Source: Thermoplasmatales archaeon (lineage in GTDB: Archaea; Thermoplasmatota; E2; UBA202; JdFR-43). From it: DNA of 64,000 bases. This document shows, in pieces, positions 27,387 to 38,153 of the stretch. Below the pieces are notes generated by a model, which worked only from the letters and a program-made list of their open reading frames with translations, made no database searches and was not told where the DNA came from. Made by a program: the position numbers and the translations under genes. The stretch spans positions 131,894-195,893 of the forward strand of contig JACIWA010000003.1 in assembly GCA_014361195.1 (NCBI GenBank), given 5' to 3'. Each line of letters starts with the position of its first letter. Positions within the stretch are counted from its first letter, which is position 1.

Positions 27387-29405
27387 ATGAGCGGTTGGGT
27401 TGAGCTTATCTGGAATGGAAAAAGAGAAAACAGTTTTACAAAAGAAAGTGTTGATAAATATTACGGAAAAGTTAGGGAAGTAAAAAAAATTCATTTACCC
27501 TTCCAGAAAATAGAGCTTCTTGGAATAAAAAAACTTCCTACTCTGGATAGATGGATACCTGAGTTTCCTGAAAGAGATTGGCCTAAAAATTACCCGAAGA
27601 ATTGGAAAAACTTGCTTATATGGGGGGATAACAAACTTGCCATGTCTTCTTTACTTCAGGGTATAAACATAAATGGTGAAATACTAAATTTGAGAGGAAA
27701 AATAAAGCTTATTTACATAGACCCACCTTTTGCAACAGGTGCTGATTTCTCTTTTAAGGTTCCAATGCCTGAAAGCTGGAAAGATTTGATACCAGAAAAT
27801 GAGATGGTAAAAAATCCTTCAATAATGGAAGAGCTTGCATACAGAGATATGTGGGGTGGAAAAACACCAGAAGAGAGAATCTCATCTTATCTCAACTACA
27901 TGTATGAGAGACTCCTCTTAATGAAAGAGCTTCTGGCAAACGATGGTTCAATTTATGTTCATCTGGATTATAGAATGGCGCATTATGTAAAGGTTATGAT
28001 GGATGAAATTTTTGGAAGAGAAAATTTTAGGAATGAGATTGTGTGGTGTTACACTGGGCCTGGAAGGCAAATAAGTGATTTCCCTGACAAACATGACCTA
28101 ATCTACAGATATTCTAAATCAGAAAACTATATTTTTAATCCAGATGAGATAAGAATACCTTATGTTAAATTAGATACAGGAAAAACTCATGGCATCTTTA
28201 AGCAAAGAGCGATTTTAAATGAAAAAGGGAAAATTCCTGAAGATTGGTGGTCTGATATAACTCCTGTAGCAAGATTACATGCCACTGAACTATTAGCTTT
28301 TCCTACCCAAAAACCCGAAGCCCTATTAGAACGCATCGTTCTTGCCTCTTCAAATGAAGGTGATATCGTTGCTGATTTCTTTTCTGGCTCTGGGACTTTG
28401 GCAAGAGTTGCCGAAAAACTTGGGAGGAGATGGGTTTGCTGTGATATATCAAAGTATGCAATTCATCTTACAAGAAAAACACTTCTGGATATAGAAAATA
28501 CAAAGTCCTTAGGAAGAAAGAGTGGTAAAGATAAAGAACCTTATGGGAAACCTTGCCGACCTTTTTACTTGATAACTATTGCAAATTATATGACGGATAA
28601 AATGGATAACAGAGCTGATGTTATTAGTCTCATTCTGAATCTTTATGGAGCATCACCTATGAAACAAGTCTTAGAACATCTACATGGTATAAGAGAGAAA
28701 GAGAAAGAAATTGTGCATGTAGGACAAGCAAATTTTCCTGTAACTCCTGCTGAGATTTATGAGGTTATCAAAGAGTTTAAGGAAACCCCCTTCTACAAGG
28801 ATGGATGGACTCTCGTAATCCTCGGTTGGGACTGGGCACCAGATACATTTGAGAGAGCAAGAGATTTATGGGAGAGAGAGGATGTTAAACTTAAACTTCT
28901 GCACATTCCCCCAGTTAAAAAAATTGAGGAAATAATTGAAAAACACAATTTAGATTTATCTAAAATTATTAAGTTCGAATATGCTTTTGATGAAAAAGTA
29001 AGAGAAAATTTGAGGTTCGTAGAGCCAGGATATGTGCAACTTGAAGTAAAAAAAGATGGTTTAAATGTTGAAATAAAGATAAAAGATTTCTGGGTAAGAC
29101 TTCCTCATGGGTATGAAGACCTGGAGGAAGAGATAAGAAAAAGAATATCAGAGACAAAAACCGATAAAATCAGAGAAAAATATTTCTTGCCTCTGATAAA
29201 CTACTGGGCTGTTGATTGGAATTATGATGGAAATGTTTTTAAACATGATTTTGTAAGTTTTGATAAAAAGCTTGGAGAAGGAAAAGTGGATATAAAAGCA
29301 AGCAATACTTATGTGAAAGCGGGCACATATAGGGTTGTCGTAAAAATAACTGATATATTTGGCGGTGAAACCTCAAAAGAACTTATTGTGAATGTGGAGG
29401 GATAA
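27387..29405 (+). CDS. mod: Type III restriction-modification methyltransferase (Mod, beta class)
   Basis: LIWGDN, IKLIYIDPPF, FPTQKPEALLERI, VADFFSGSGT. Confidence 0.9.
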   Translation: MSGWVELIWNGKRENSFTKESVDKYYGKVREVKKIHLPFQKIELLGIKKLPTLDRWIPEFPERDWPKNYPKNWKNLLIWGDNKLAMSSLLQGININGEILNLRGKIKLIYIDPPFATGADFSFKVPMPESWKDLIPENEMVKNPSIMEELAYRDMWGGKTPEERISSYLNYMYERLLLMKELLANDGSIYVHLDYRMAHYVKVMMDEIFGRENFRNEIVWCYTGPGRQISDFPDKHDLIYRYSKSENYIFNPDEIRIPYVKLDTGKTHGIFKQRAILNEKGKIPEDWWSDITPVARLHATELLAFPTQKPEALLERIVLASSNEGDIVADFFSGSGTLARVAEKLGRRWVCCDISKYAIHLTRKTLLDIENTKSLGRKSGKDKEPYGKPCRPFYLITIANYMTDKMDNRADVISLILNLYGASPMKQVLEHLHGIREKEKEIVHVGQANFPVTPAEIYEVIKEFKETPFYKDGWTLVILGWDWAPDTFERARDLWEREDVKLKLLHIPPVKKIEEIIEKHNLDLSKIIKFEYAFDEKVRENLRFVEPGYVQLEVKKDGLNVEIKIKDFWVRLPHGYEDLEEEIRKRISETKTDKIREKYFLPLINYWAVDWNYDGNVFKHDFVSFDKKLGEGKVDIKASNTYVKAGTYRVVVKITDIFGGETSKELIVNVEG

Positions 29406-29407
29406 AG

Positions 29408-32242
29408 ATGGCAAGAAAGAGAGTGAATGAATTTCTATTTGAGGTTAAAAAACCACCCTCCGACATAACTTTTGTGCCCCCAGATTCTATCCTCCACCCA
29501 TATCCTATCAGGATAAAAATTGATGATCCTTATCTTGATAACGTTAAAAGGAAATTCGAAGAATATATCTGTAACGGTATAGCATGGGCGAACGACCAGA
29601 GAAAGAAAGGGAATCCTTATGCAAGATTTCCGTCAGAGGCTGTTTGTGTAAATAATTTAAGGTTAGAGATTAAGGAATGGAGGGAAAAAGGTTATCCTGA
29701 TGTCACAGAGACAACAAGATATTTACTAAATTTCTGGTTTGAACAACCAAGAGATAAGGTGTTCTGGTTTTCCCAAAGGGAAGCTGTTGAGGCATTAATC
29801 TATCTTTATGAAGTTAAGGGAATTACAAAAGTGAGTGAACTTTTGAAGGAATTTGGCGCTTTTAAACTATCAGGATATGGAGAATATGACAAATATCCCA
29901 GATATGCCTTTAGAATGGCAACGGGCTCGGGCAAAACACTTGTAATGGCTTTGCTTACCGTATGGTCTTTCTTCAATTATCTTTATGAGGATAAAGAAAA
30001 ATACACCAGATTCTTCCTCTTTGTTGCACCAAATATAATAGTTTATGATAGACTCAGAAAAGATCTTGAAGATCTATCAATCTATGAAGAATTCCAGCTC
30101 ATACCAAAGGACTGGAAGAGAGATTTTAAAGTCCAAGTTATCACAAGAGATGCATTCTCAAATGCAGATAGGTTCCCACCCCCAGATGATGAAAGTGTAA
30201 TATTTGTGACAAACATACATCAAATAGGGTTTATAGAGAAGAAGACTAAAAGGGAAGATATCATAACAACATTATTTGATATTCCTTCTCCTGGTAAGGA
30301 ACCTTACAAGGCAAAATCGATAAGGTTGTGGGAAATTCTCAATAACTACCCTAATCTGATGATTTTAAAGGATGAAGCCCATCATATACATAGAGAAGAA
30401 GCGAGATGGCAAAACTACTTATGGGATTTGCACGAAGCTTTGATGACTACTCATTCTAAAGGAATATTTATGGAGCTCGATTTTACTGCCACACCTAAAG
30501 ATGAGAGAGGTGCTTTATTTCCATGGATAATTGTGGATTTTTCGCTGCGGGAGGCTTTACAGACAGGAATTGTGAAATACCCTGCGAAAGTTATTGTGCA
30601 TGATGCTCCACCTATCAAGAAAGGATTTTCAATAGAGGATTTTATGCCGTATATCAGAGCAGCGTTAGAGAGATGGAGAAAACATAAGGAAAAACTGAGA
30701 GAGCTTGGAAGAAAATCTGTTCTTTTCATAATGGCAGATGAAATATCAAGTGCAGAAGCAATTTATGAGAAATTGCTTGAAGAACCTGACATAAATTCAT
30801 CGAATATGATGCTTATTCATTCTGAGCTTGATGAATGGAAAACAAAACTAAAGCAAAAAGGAAGAGAAATAGTTTCAAGGATTAGGATTAATGGGGAAGA
30901 GAAAGAAATCGATAAAGAACAGGCGGTTAAACTTGTGAGATGGCTTGATGATCCAGAAAATCCAATAGAGGTTATATCTAGTGTTATGATGTTAAATGAG
31001 GGATGGGATGTTCGTTCGGTTACCGTTATTCTTGGATTGAGATCCTATGCATCAGAAAGAGAAATTCTTCCTGAACAGGTTATAGGAAGAGGATTGAGGA
31101 AGCTCTTCCCTCAGGATGGGATAGATACTGAGAAATGGGTTAACATACTAGAAATTGTCGGACCTCCTAATCTTTTAAAAGTTCTTGATAATCTTGAGCA
31201 ACTCGAGGGCATAAAGATTCCTAATGCTCCAGAGGAATTTTTTGTATCTTTTAATCCGAGAGCGGATGCTCCAGAGGAATTTAGGTTCGAAATACCAAAA
31301 GCAGAGTTTCTTTCTTTCGAAGAAAATATAGATACTAAAGCCATAGTCGATGAAATTTTTTCAAAATTGCCTTCAAATGTTTTTGAGTTATCTGAAATTG
31401 ATGAGTTTAAGAAAAAGTATGAATATGAAGTTATTGACTTGAAGGGGCAAACTTTAGATGAAGGGCAGATTGAAACACCACTTTATGATATTCCTATTAT
31501 TGGATTAACCCGTTTGGCAAGAGAATTGCAGGAAGAAATCCCATTACCCAATTCCTTTAATTTACTGGTGAATATTCTTGAAAAATATATTACAGAAAAA
31601 CTTTTTAACCAACCTGTCGAACTAAACGATGATGTGCTGAGATTTCTGTCTACAAAAGGTTGGTACTTGGAGATAAAGAAAAATATTATAAATATCGCCA
31701 GACCTCTTATAGAAAATCCTATATTCTCAATAGATGCGGAATTAAAACAAACTATTAAAGTGGAAGAACTGGAAAGTTTTCCTTGGACTAAAGATTTTGT
31801 GGATTCTGAAAAGAGCTTATTTGTAAGGATTATTTACGAAGACAATGAAGAGAAAAGGATCCCTTCCTCTCCAGTAGATAATGATATGGAAAGAGATTTT
31901 GTAAATTTTCTAACAAGAGCTAGAGATGTAATATCGTTTATAAAAAACATTCCTCATAAAGTAGGGCTGGGGATCGTCTACTACGACTCAAGAGAGAGGA
32001 AATGGAGAAAGTTTTATCCTGATTTTATAGTAAAGAGTAAGAACGGTCTTTACATTGTAGAAACTAAAGGAAGAGAGGAGATTCAAATTTCAGATAAAAA
32101 TATCGCTGCTAAAAAATGGTGCGAGGCTGTAAGTAAAAGTACAGGCGAGACATGGATATACCTATACCTAAGAGAAGGAGACTGGGATGGAAAAGATAAT
32201 CTTAAAGATTGTAAAGAAGACGATACGAGTAGCATTGCTTAA
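29408..32242 (+). CDS. res: Type III restriction endonuclease (Res: SF2 helicase plus PD-(D/E)xK nuclease)
   Basis: MATGSGKT, DEAHH, FTATP, LNEGWDV, EQVIGRGLR, YPDFIV..IVETKG. Confidence 0.9.
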   Translation: MARKRVNEFLFEVKKPPSDITFVPPDSILHPYPIRIKIDDPYLDNVKRKFEEYICNGIAWANDQRKKGNPYARFPSEAVCVNNLRLEIKEWREKGYPDVTETTRYLLNFWFEQPRDKVFWFSQREAVEALIYLYEVKGITKVSELLKEFGAFKLSGYGEYDKYPRYAFRMATGSGKTLVMALLTVWSFFNYLYEDKEKYTRFFLFVAPNIIVYDRLRKDLEDLSIYEEFQLIPKDWKRDFKVQVITRDAFSNADRFPPPDDESVIFVTNIHQIGFIEKKTKREDIITTLFDIPSPGKEPYKAKSIRLWEILNNYPNLMILKDEAHHIHREEARWQNYLWDLHEALMTTHSKGIFMELDFTATPKDERGALFPWIIVDFSLREALQTGIVKYPAKVIVHDAPPIKKGFSIEDFMPYIRAALERWRKHKEKLRELGRKSVLFIMADEISSAEAIYEKLLEEPDINSSNMMLIHSELDEWKTKLKQKGREIVSRIRINGEEKEIDKEQAVKLVRWLDDPENPIEVISSVMMLNEGWDVRSVTVILGLRSYASEREILPEQVIGRGLRKLFPQDGIDTEKWVNILEIVGPPNLLKVLDNLEQLEGIKIPNAPEEFFVSFNPRADAPEEFRFEIPKAEFLSFEENIDTKAIVDEIFSKLPSNVFELSEIDEFKKKYEYEVIDLKGQTLDEGQIETPLYDIPIIGLTRLARELQEEIPLPNSFNLLVNILEKYITEKLFNQPVELNDDVLRFLSTKGWYLEIKKNIINIARPLIENPIFSIDAELKQTIKVEELESFPWTKDFVDSEKSLFVRIIYEDNEEKRIPSSPVDNDMERDFVNFLTRARDVISFIKNIPHKVGLGIVYYDSRERKWRKFYPDFIVKSKNGLYIVETKGREEIQISDKNIAAKKWCEAVSKSTGETWIYLYLREGDWDGKDNLKDCKEDDTSSIA

Positions 32243-32306
32243 ATTAAAAAAAGAAGGATGAGCTACGAGAGTTGAAAAATTCTTAAAATTTCAATATTTT
32301 GGTAGG

Positions 32307-32392
32307 CGCTGAGGGTGGGATTTGAACCCACGAGGAGCGTAAGCTCCACAGGCTCTCAAGGCCTGCGCCGTAGTCCGCTTGGCTACCTCAGC
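32307..32392 (-). tRNA. tRNA-Ser(UGA)
   Basis: GCTGAGG acceptor, CAGGC-CT-TGA-GA-GCCTG anticodon arm, long variable arm, GTTCAAATC T-loop, G discriminator. Confidence 0.95.
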
Positions 32393-32442
32393 AAAGTAAG
32401 CAAAGCAAAAATAAATAAAAAAGAATATAAAAATTTAAAGGG

Positions 32443-32754
32443 TTAAGATTTAAGAATTATCTCTATATTAACTCCATCTGGAACTTGCACTCGCATTAAT
32501 TGGCGCAATGCTCTATCCTGGGCATCTATTTCAACCAGTCTTTTGTGAATTCTCATTTCCCAGTGATCCCATGTTTCTGAGCCCTCTCCATCTGGACTTT
32601 TTCTGCAAGGAACAATAAGTCTTTTTGTTGGCAATGGTATTGGCCCTTTCATTCTCACTCCAGTTTTCTCCGCGATTTTTTTAATTTGAGAACATACTTC
32701 ATCTATTTTTTTTGCGTCTGTGCCAGTGAGTGTTATTCTTGCTATCTGTGTCAT
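32443..32754 (-). CDS. rps10: 30S ribosomal protein S10 (uS10)
   Basis: [33 protein letters not shown]. Confidence 0.98.
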   Translation of the reverse strand: MTQIARITLTGTDAKKIDEVCSQIKKIAEKTGVRMKGPIPLPTKRLIVPCRKSPDGEGSETWDHWEMRIHKRLVEIDAQDRALRQLMRVQVPDGVNIEIILKS

Positions 32755-34044
32755 TTACATCAGTTTCTCATCAACTTCTATGCATACCCCCGCTCCCACT
32801 GTTTGACCCATATCACGAATTGCAAATCTTCCAAGCTCTGGGAAATCTTTTGCCCTTTCTATAACCATTGGGCGAGTTGGTCTTATTTTAACAACAGCAG
32901 CATCTCCTGTTTTTAGCATTTGTGGATTTTCTTCTTTAACTTCTCCGCTCCTTGGATCAATCTTCTTAACCAGCTCTTCAAACCTGCAAGCTACCTGTGC
33001 GGTGTGGCAATGGAATACGGGTGTATATCCTACTGTTATAACCGAAGGATGATTCAATACCATGATTTGAGCGGTAAATAGCTTTGCTACTGTTGGAGGA
33101 TTATCTACATGCCCCGCAACATCTCCTCTCCTTACATCTTTTTTGCTTATTCCTCTTATATTAGCTCCTATATTGTCTCCAGGCACCGCTTGAGGAATTG
33201 TTTCGTGATGCATTTCTATTGATTTAACTTCCCCAACCACTCCTTTTGGTTGAGCGGATGGTAGGAAAATGAGTTTATCCTCTGGTTTCATTACTCCTGT
33301 TTCAACTCTTCCAACTGGAACTGTTCCTACACCTGTAATGGAGTAAACATCCTGTATTGGCCATCTCAATGGTTTGTCAATTGGTTTTGGAGGAACTTTG
33401 AATTCATTAATAGCTTCTAGCAATGTTGGTCCGTCCCACCATTCTAATTTTTTCCTCTCCTTTACATTATCTCCATTCCATGCAGATACAGGAATATATT
33501 TTACATCCTTATATCCAACACTGGTGAGTAATTTTTCCGCCTGCGCTTTCACTTCTTCATATCTTTGCTTGCTATAAGGAGGTTGAGTCGCATCCATCTT
33601 GTTTATGGCGACAACAATCTGGGGCACACCGAGTGTTCTTGCGAGCCATGCATGTTCCTTTGTTTGCGCCATCACGCCCTCACCAGGTGCTGCAGATACG
33701 ACAAGAATTGCACAATCTGCCTGGCTTGTTCCTGTAATCATGTTCTTCACGAAGTCTCTGTGGCCCGGCGCATCAATAATTGTGAAGTAATATTTGTCTG
33801 TGTCAAAGCGCTGGTGGGCAACATCTATAGTTAGGCCTCTCTCCCTCTCCTCTTTTAGTCTATCCATTACCCAAGCAAGTGCAAAAGACTCTTTACCCAA
33901 TGATTTTGCCTCTTCCATGTACTTTTGGACTACATGGGTATCAACTTGCCCTGTCTCAAGCATCAGTCTTCCTACAAGTGTTGATTTTCCATGATCAACA
34001 TGCCCGATTGTAACCAGATTTAAATGGGGTTTTTGTGCTGGCAT
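32755..34044 (-). CDS. tuf: Elongation factor 1-alpha
   Basis: [37 protein letters not shown]. Confidence 0.99.
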   Translation of the reverse strand: MPAQKPHLNLVTIGHVDHGKSTLVGRLMLETGQVDTHVVQKYMEEAKSLGKESFALAWVMDRLKEERERGLTIDVAHQRFDTDKYYFTIIDAPGHRDFVKNMITGTSQADCAILVVSAAPGEGVMAQTKEHAWLARTLGVPQIVVAINKMDATQPPYSKQRYEEVKAQAEKLLTSVGYKDVKYIPVSAWNGDNVKERKKLEWWDGPTLLEAINEFKVPPKPIDKPLRWPIQDVYSITGVGTVPVGRVETGVMKPEDKLIFLPSAQPKGVVGEVKSIEMHHETIPQAVPGDNIGANIRGISKKDVRRGDVAGHVDNPPTVAKLFTAQIMVLNHPSVITVGYTPVFHCHTAQVACRFEELVKKIDPRSGEVKEENPQMLKTGDAAVVKIRPTRPMVIERAKDFPELGRFAIRDMGQTVGAGVCIEVDEKLM

Positions 34045-34096
34045 TTTTAACCACCTTAGCGTAAATAAGTCATTGTATATATATTTTTTTTCCTGC

Positions 34097-34298
34097 TGTA
34101 ATGACAGCTATATCTTTTTCATTATCCACAAGTATTTTCTTGGTTTTCCATATTTTTTTATTCCGCTCTAACCTTTACATCCATTTCCCGTTTGATTTAA
34201 AACAATTCAAATTTTTCATGTTTTTTCATTGTTAATGGTTTGCTTTCTTATCTATTGTTTCATCTCTATAGGAAAACTTGGAAATGATGTCCATTTAT
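34097..34298 (-). mobile_element. Deleted IS481-like remnant, copy 1
   Basis: Begins TGTAATGACAGCTA; three blocks shared with 49307-49728; degraded KYGKP-KILVDN integrase-core motif on the minus strand. Confidence 0.6.
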
Positions 34299-34348
34299 GG
34301 TTATTTTGTAAGCCCAAAATCTTTATATCTTTTATTATTTTTTCTCTG

Positions 34349-34900
34349 ATGAAATTCATTGTTGCAATAACTGGGGCGAGCGGTGTTTTATATGGTATTA
34401 GGCTATTGGAGGAATTAAAAAAAAGAAATAACTTTGTTTATTTGATAATTAGTGATACGGGCAAAAAGTTAATAGAGGAAGAAACAGATTATGGGCTTAA
34501 CAAAATAAGCAAAAAAGCGGACAAAACATTTAGCGAAAATGAAATTACCGCAGAAATTGCTAGTGGGTCAGCTAAATATGATGCAATGATAGTTTGCCCG
34601 TGCAGTGGAAAAACTCTATCCGCTATCGCTAACGGATTGGCTATTAACTTAATAATAAGGAGTGCAATTTGCTGTTTAAAAGAAGGGAGGAAATTGATTC
34701 TTGTTCCAAGAGAAACACCTCTTGATGCGATATATCTAGAAAATATGCTGAAACTCAATAGATTAGGGGTTATAATTCTTCCTGCAATGCCCGCATTTTA
34801 TATAAAGCCAAAAAGTGTTGATGAAATGGTAAATTTTATTGTAGGAAAAATAATGGATCAACTAGGGATAAAGAATGATTTGTATAAAAGGTGGAAATAA
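34349..34900 (+). CDS. ubiX: Flavin prenyltransferase UbiX
   Basis: VAITGASG, IASGS, CPCS, LVPRETP, PAMPAFY. Confidence 0.94.
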   Translation: MKFIVAITGASGVLYGIRLLEELKKRNNFVYLIISDTGKKLIEEETDYGLNKISKKADKTFSENEITAEIASGSAKYDAMIVCPCSGKTLSAIANGLAINLIIRSAICCLKEGRKLILVPRETPLDAIYLENMLKLNRLGVIILPAMPAFYIKPKSVDEMVNFIVGKIMDQLGIKNDLYKRWK

Positions 34901-34906
34901 ATTTAA

Positions 34907-35059
34907 TTATTTTCTTTTCTTAATTTCTTCAGCAAGCTCTCCATCTTCAATTATCAAAGCCCCTATATAACCACAATCCTTGCACTTCCATTTACTCCTA
35001 TCTTGTGGTATAATCCAGTCAATATTACTCGAGCCACATTTAGGGCAATATTTTGTCAT
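34907..35059 (-). CDS. 50-aa zinc-ribbon microprotein
   Basis: Manual ORF MTKYCPKCGSSNIDWIIPQDRSKWKCKDCGYIGALIIEDG... Confidence 0.8.
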   Translation of the reverse strand: MTKYCPKCGSSNIDWIIPQDRSKWKCKDCGYIGALIIEDGELAEEIKKRK

Positions 35060-35127
35060 TGTGAATAAAACAACCGATATAAAAAAACCTGCCTAAAATT
35101 TATATACGGATAAAAAATAACTTCCAT

Positions 35128-35592
35128 ATGGGCAAAAAAGGCTTGCTTGCGGTTGTAACTATTGCAATTGTTTATTTTGTATGGCTAATCTTATGGGCAT
35201 TTCTTGAGTTTTTCACTGATTTAAATTTGCCAATTTCTTTGAAAGTTTGGAGCATAATCGGAATTTTCCTTTACATTGCACTGATTTTAATTGAAATTTT
35301 ATTTATGATAGAAAGGGAGAAAAAGGAGGAAATTCCAAAGAAAATAAAAAAAGTTGTTTGTGGATATTGCAAAACAAAATTTGATATATCTGATACTGGA
35401 GAAAGACCGCTGAATTACATTTGCCCCAATTGTGGAAATGAAGGCGCGCTAAAAGGAAAAACTTTGAAAGGTATTAGCATTTTTATAGAATGCTCAAATT
35501 GCGGAAAAGAAGCGGAGATATTTTATTCTGGAGAGAGACCTTTTGAATATGTTTGTCCTCATTGTCATGCAAAAGGGATAATAAATGATTAA
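35128..35592 (+). CDS. Two-TM membrane protein with tandem zinc ribbons
   Basis: Two hydrophobic helices, then two CxxC..GERP..CPxC repeats. Confidence 0.75.
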   Translation: MGKKGLLAVVTIAIVYFVWLILWAFLEFFTDLNLPISLKVWSIIGIFLYIALILIEILFMIEREKKEEIPKKIKKVVCGYCKTKFDISDTGERPLNYICPNCGNEGALKGKTLKGISIFIECSNCGKEAEIFYSGERPFEYVCPHCHAKGIIND

Positions 35593-35839
35593 AGCAAGGA
35601 TTGAAATAAAATTAAAAAAAGGAATAGTTGATCCCGAAGGGAAAAATATTGCAAAAGCTTTGAATTTACTTGGCTTTAAAAATGTAAAAAATGTAAAAAC
35701 ATCCAAAATAATAGAAATATTGATTGATGAAGAAAATGAAAGAGATGCATTAAGAGAAGTGGAGGAAATGTGCAAAAAATTACTTACAAATCCTGTGGTT
35801 AATGAATATTCAATAAAGATAGAGGGCGTGGATGAGTGA
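35585..35839 (+). CDS. purS: FGAM synthase subunit PurS
   Basis: LKKGIVDPEG, MCKKLLTNPVVNEY. Confidence 0.95.
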   Translation: MIKARIEIKLKKGIVDPEGKNIAKALNLLGFKNVKNVKTSKIIEILIDEENERDALREVEEMCKKLLTNPVVNEYSIKIEGVDE

Positions 35840-38153
35840 GCATCTATTTATTGAAGATGGTTATGTATGCAGAATAAATATATTAGATGCAGATGACAAC
35901 CATCTTGAAGAAATAAGTAAATCAATGAAGTTAGCTCTAAATCTTGAAGAAATGAAAAAAATAAGGGAATATTTTAGGAAAAAAAATAGGATGCCAACTG
36001 ATTTGGAGCTTGAAGCAATAGCTCAGGCATGGAGCGAGCATTGCTGTTATAAATCATCAAAATACTGGTTAAGAAAATATCTTTATAGGATAGGAAAAAA
36101 TAAAATTGTTGCAAGAGAAGATGCAGGGGTAATGAAATTTGATGCCCGTCATTATTATTCAATTGCCCTGGAAAGTCATAACCATCCATCCGCTGTTGAG
36201 CCTTATGGGGGGGCTGCGACTGGTATAGGGGGGATAATAAGAGATGTTTTATGCATGGGCTCAAAGCCAGTGGCTCTTATAGATGCAATATTTTTTGGAA
36301 AGCTGGATACTGAATATGAAAAGCTTCCGCAGGGAGTAAAACATCCAAGATATCTTTTTAAGAGAGTTGTTGAGGGGATAAGAGATTATGGAAATAGGGT
36401 TGGAATTCCAACAGTAGCGGGGCAGGTATATTTTCACAATAGCTATTTAGGAAATTGTCTTGTAAATGTAGGTTGCATAGGGATTATGAAAAAAGAGCAT
36501 CTTATTCACAGTAGTGTAAAGAACCCGGGAGATATTTATATATATGCGGGCGGGAAAACTGGTAGGGATGGAATACATGGAGTTACTTTTGCATCAGAGG
36601 AGCTTGACGAAGAAATGGAGGAAGAAATAACAGCTGTTCAGCTCGGCGATCCAGTAACAAAAGAGCCTTTAATACACGCCTGCTTGGAATGTGTTGAAAA
36701 AGGACTGGTGGAGGGCATGAAGGATATGGGCGGGGGCGGGCTCTCCTGCGTTTGCAGTGAAATTGCCTATGAAGGAGGAAAGGGTGCGGAAGTTTATCTC
36801 GATAGAGTGCCTTTAAGAGAGGAAAATATGAAGCCGTGGGAGATATGGGTTTCAGAATCGCAGGAGAGAATGCTTCTTGTTGTTAAGAGGGAAAATGTTG
36901 ATGAGGTTTTGAAAATTTTTGAAAAATGGGATATTGATGCGGTTGCAATTGGAAAAGTTATAGATGAGCCCAAGATTAAAATTTTTTACAAGGGACAGAA
37001 AGTAGGGGAAATTGATCTTGCTTTTCAGGTAGGAGGGGTTGAATATGTAAGAAATTATGTTAAGCCATGTGAGAAAGAAAAGGAAGATATTGAATTTCCA
37101 ATGCCAAATTTACAGGATATATTTACAAAAATTCTTTCATCATATAATGTTTCAAGCAGAGAATGGGTGATAAGGCAATATGATTTTGAAGTAAAGGGAG
37201 CAACAGTTGTTAAGCCATTGCATGGAGAATTTTTCTCGCAAACTCATTCAGATGCAGTCGTTATTAAGCCACTGGAGGAATCATTTAAGGGGCTTGCTAT
37301 AACAATAGATATAAATCCGTATTTTACTGAATTGAATCCCTACTGGGGCACAACATCTGCTATAGATGAAGCCTGCAGAAATATAGCATCTGTTGGAGCA
37401 AAAATAAATTCATTTGCGGATTGCCTTAATTTCGGAAACCCTGAAAATCCCGAAAGAATGGGAGAAATTATTGAAGCAATAAGAGCTCTGTATGATATGG
37501 GTAAAAAATTAGGTATTCCATATGTTTCAGGAAATGTTAGCCTGTATAATGAAAGCACAGCGGGTGCGGTTGCGCCGACGCCCGCGATAATGGGGGTTGG
37601 AATTTTAAAAGATGTTAGGAAATGCGCGACAACAAACTTAAAGGAAGAGGGAAATCCAATATATTTGATAGGAGAGACAAAAAAGGAGATGGGTGGGAGT
37701 GAGTATTATCAAGCTCTTGGAATTGATGCGGGTAAAGTGCCGAGGAGTGATGCAAAAGTTTTGAAAATAAGCATGAGTAAAGTTGTTAGGGCAATTGATA
37801 AGGGCTATATAAAGGCCTGTCATGATGTATCAAATGGGGGGATTGCAATTGCTATTGCGGAAATGGTTACGGGAGGAAAGGGAGCGGAAATATGCTTATA
37901 TTCTTTAGGAAATTTAAGGACAGATTTCAAGCTATTTTCTGAAAGTAATACGAGATGGATTGTTGAAGTTAGAAAAGATAAGGAAGAAGATTTTAAAAAC
38001 CTTTTTGAAGGATTAAAAATATATAAAATAGGAAATGTAAAAGGGAAAAATCTTGTTATTTATGATGGAGATGAAATAGAAGAATTTATAAACATGGATA
38101 AGAAATTTTTGTATGAAATATGGAATAAAAAATTGTGGGAAGAAATGGGTTAA
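35832..38153 (+). CDS. purL: FGAM synthase subunit PurL
   Basis: WSEHCCYK, ESHNHPS, GRDGIHG, SESQERM, DCLNFGNP. Confidence 0.97.
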   Translation: MSEHLFIEDGYVCRINILDADDNHLEEISKSMKLALNLEEMKKIREYFRKKNRMPTDLELEAIAQAWSEHCCYKSSKYWLRKYLYRIGKNKIVAREDAGVMKFDARHYYSIALESHNHPSAVEPYGGAATGIGGIIRDVLCMGSKPVALIDAIFFGKLDTEYEKLPQGVKHPRYLFKRVVEGIRDYGNRVGIPTVAGQVYFHNSYLGNCLVNVGCIGIMKKEHLIHSSVKNPGDIYIYAGGKTGRDGIHGVTFASEELDEEMEEEITAVQLGDPVTKEPLIHACLECVEKGLVEGMKDMGGGGLSCVCSEIAYEGGKGAEVYLDRVPLREENMKPWEIWVSESQERMLLVVKRENVDEVLKIFEKWDIDAVAIGKVIDEPKIKIFYKGQKVGEIDLAFQVGGVEYVRNYVKPCEKEKEDIEFPMPNLQDIFTKILSSYNVSSREWVIRQYDFEVKGATVVKPLHGEFFSQTHSDAVVIKPLEESFKGLAITIDINPYFTELNPYWGTTSAIDEACRNIASVGAKINSFADCLNFGNPENPERMGEIIEAIRALYDMGKKLGIPYVSGNVSLYNESTAGAVAPTPAIMGVGILKDVRKCATTNLKEEGNPIYLIGETKKEMGGSEYYQALGIDAGKVPRSDAKVLKISMSKVVRAIDKGYIKACHDVSNGGIAIAIAEMVTGGKGAEICLYSLGNLRTDFKLFSESNTRWIVEVRKDKEEDFKNLFEGLKIYKIGNVKGKNLVIYDGDEIEEFINMDKKFLYEIWNKKLWEEMG

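Noticed and set aside
26533..32392. Intact provirus or integrative conjugative element
   Set aside because: No integrase, replication, capsid or transfer genes are present
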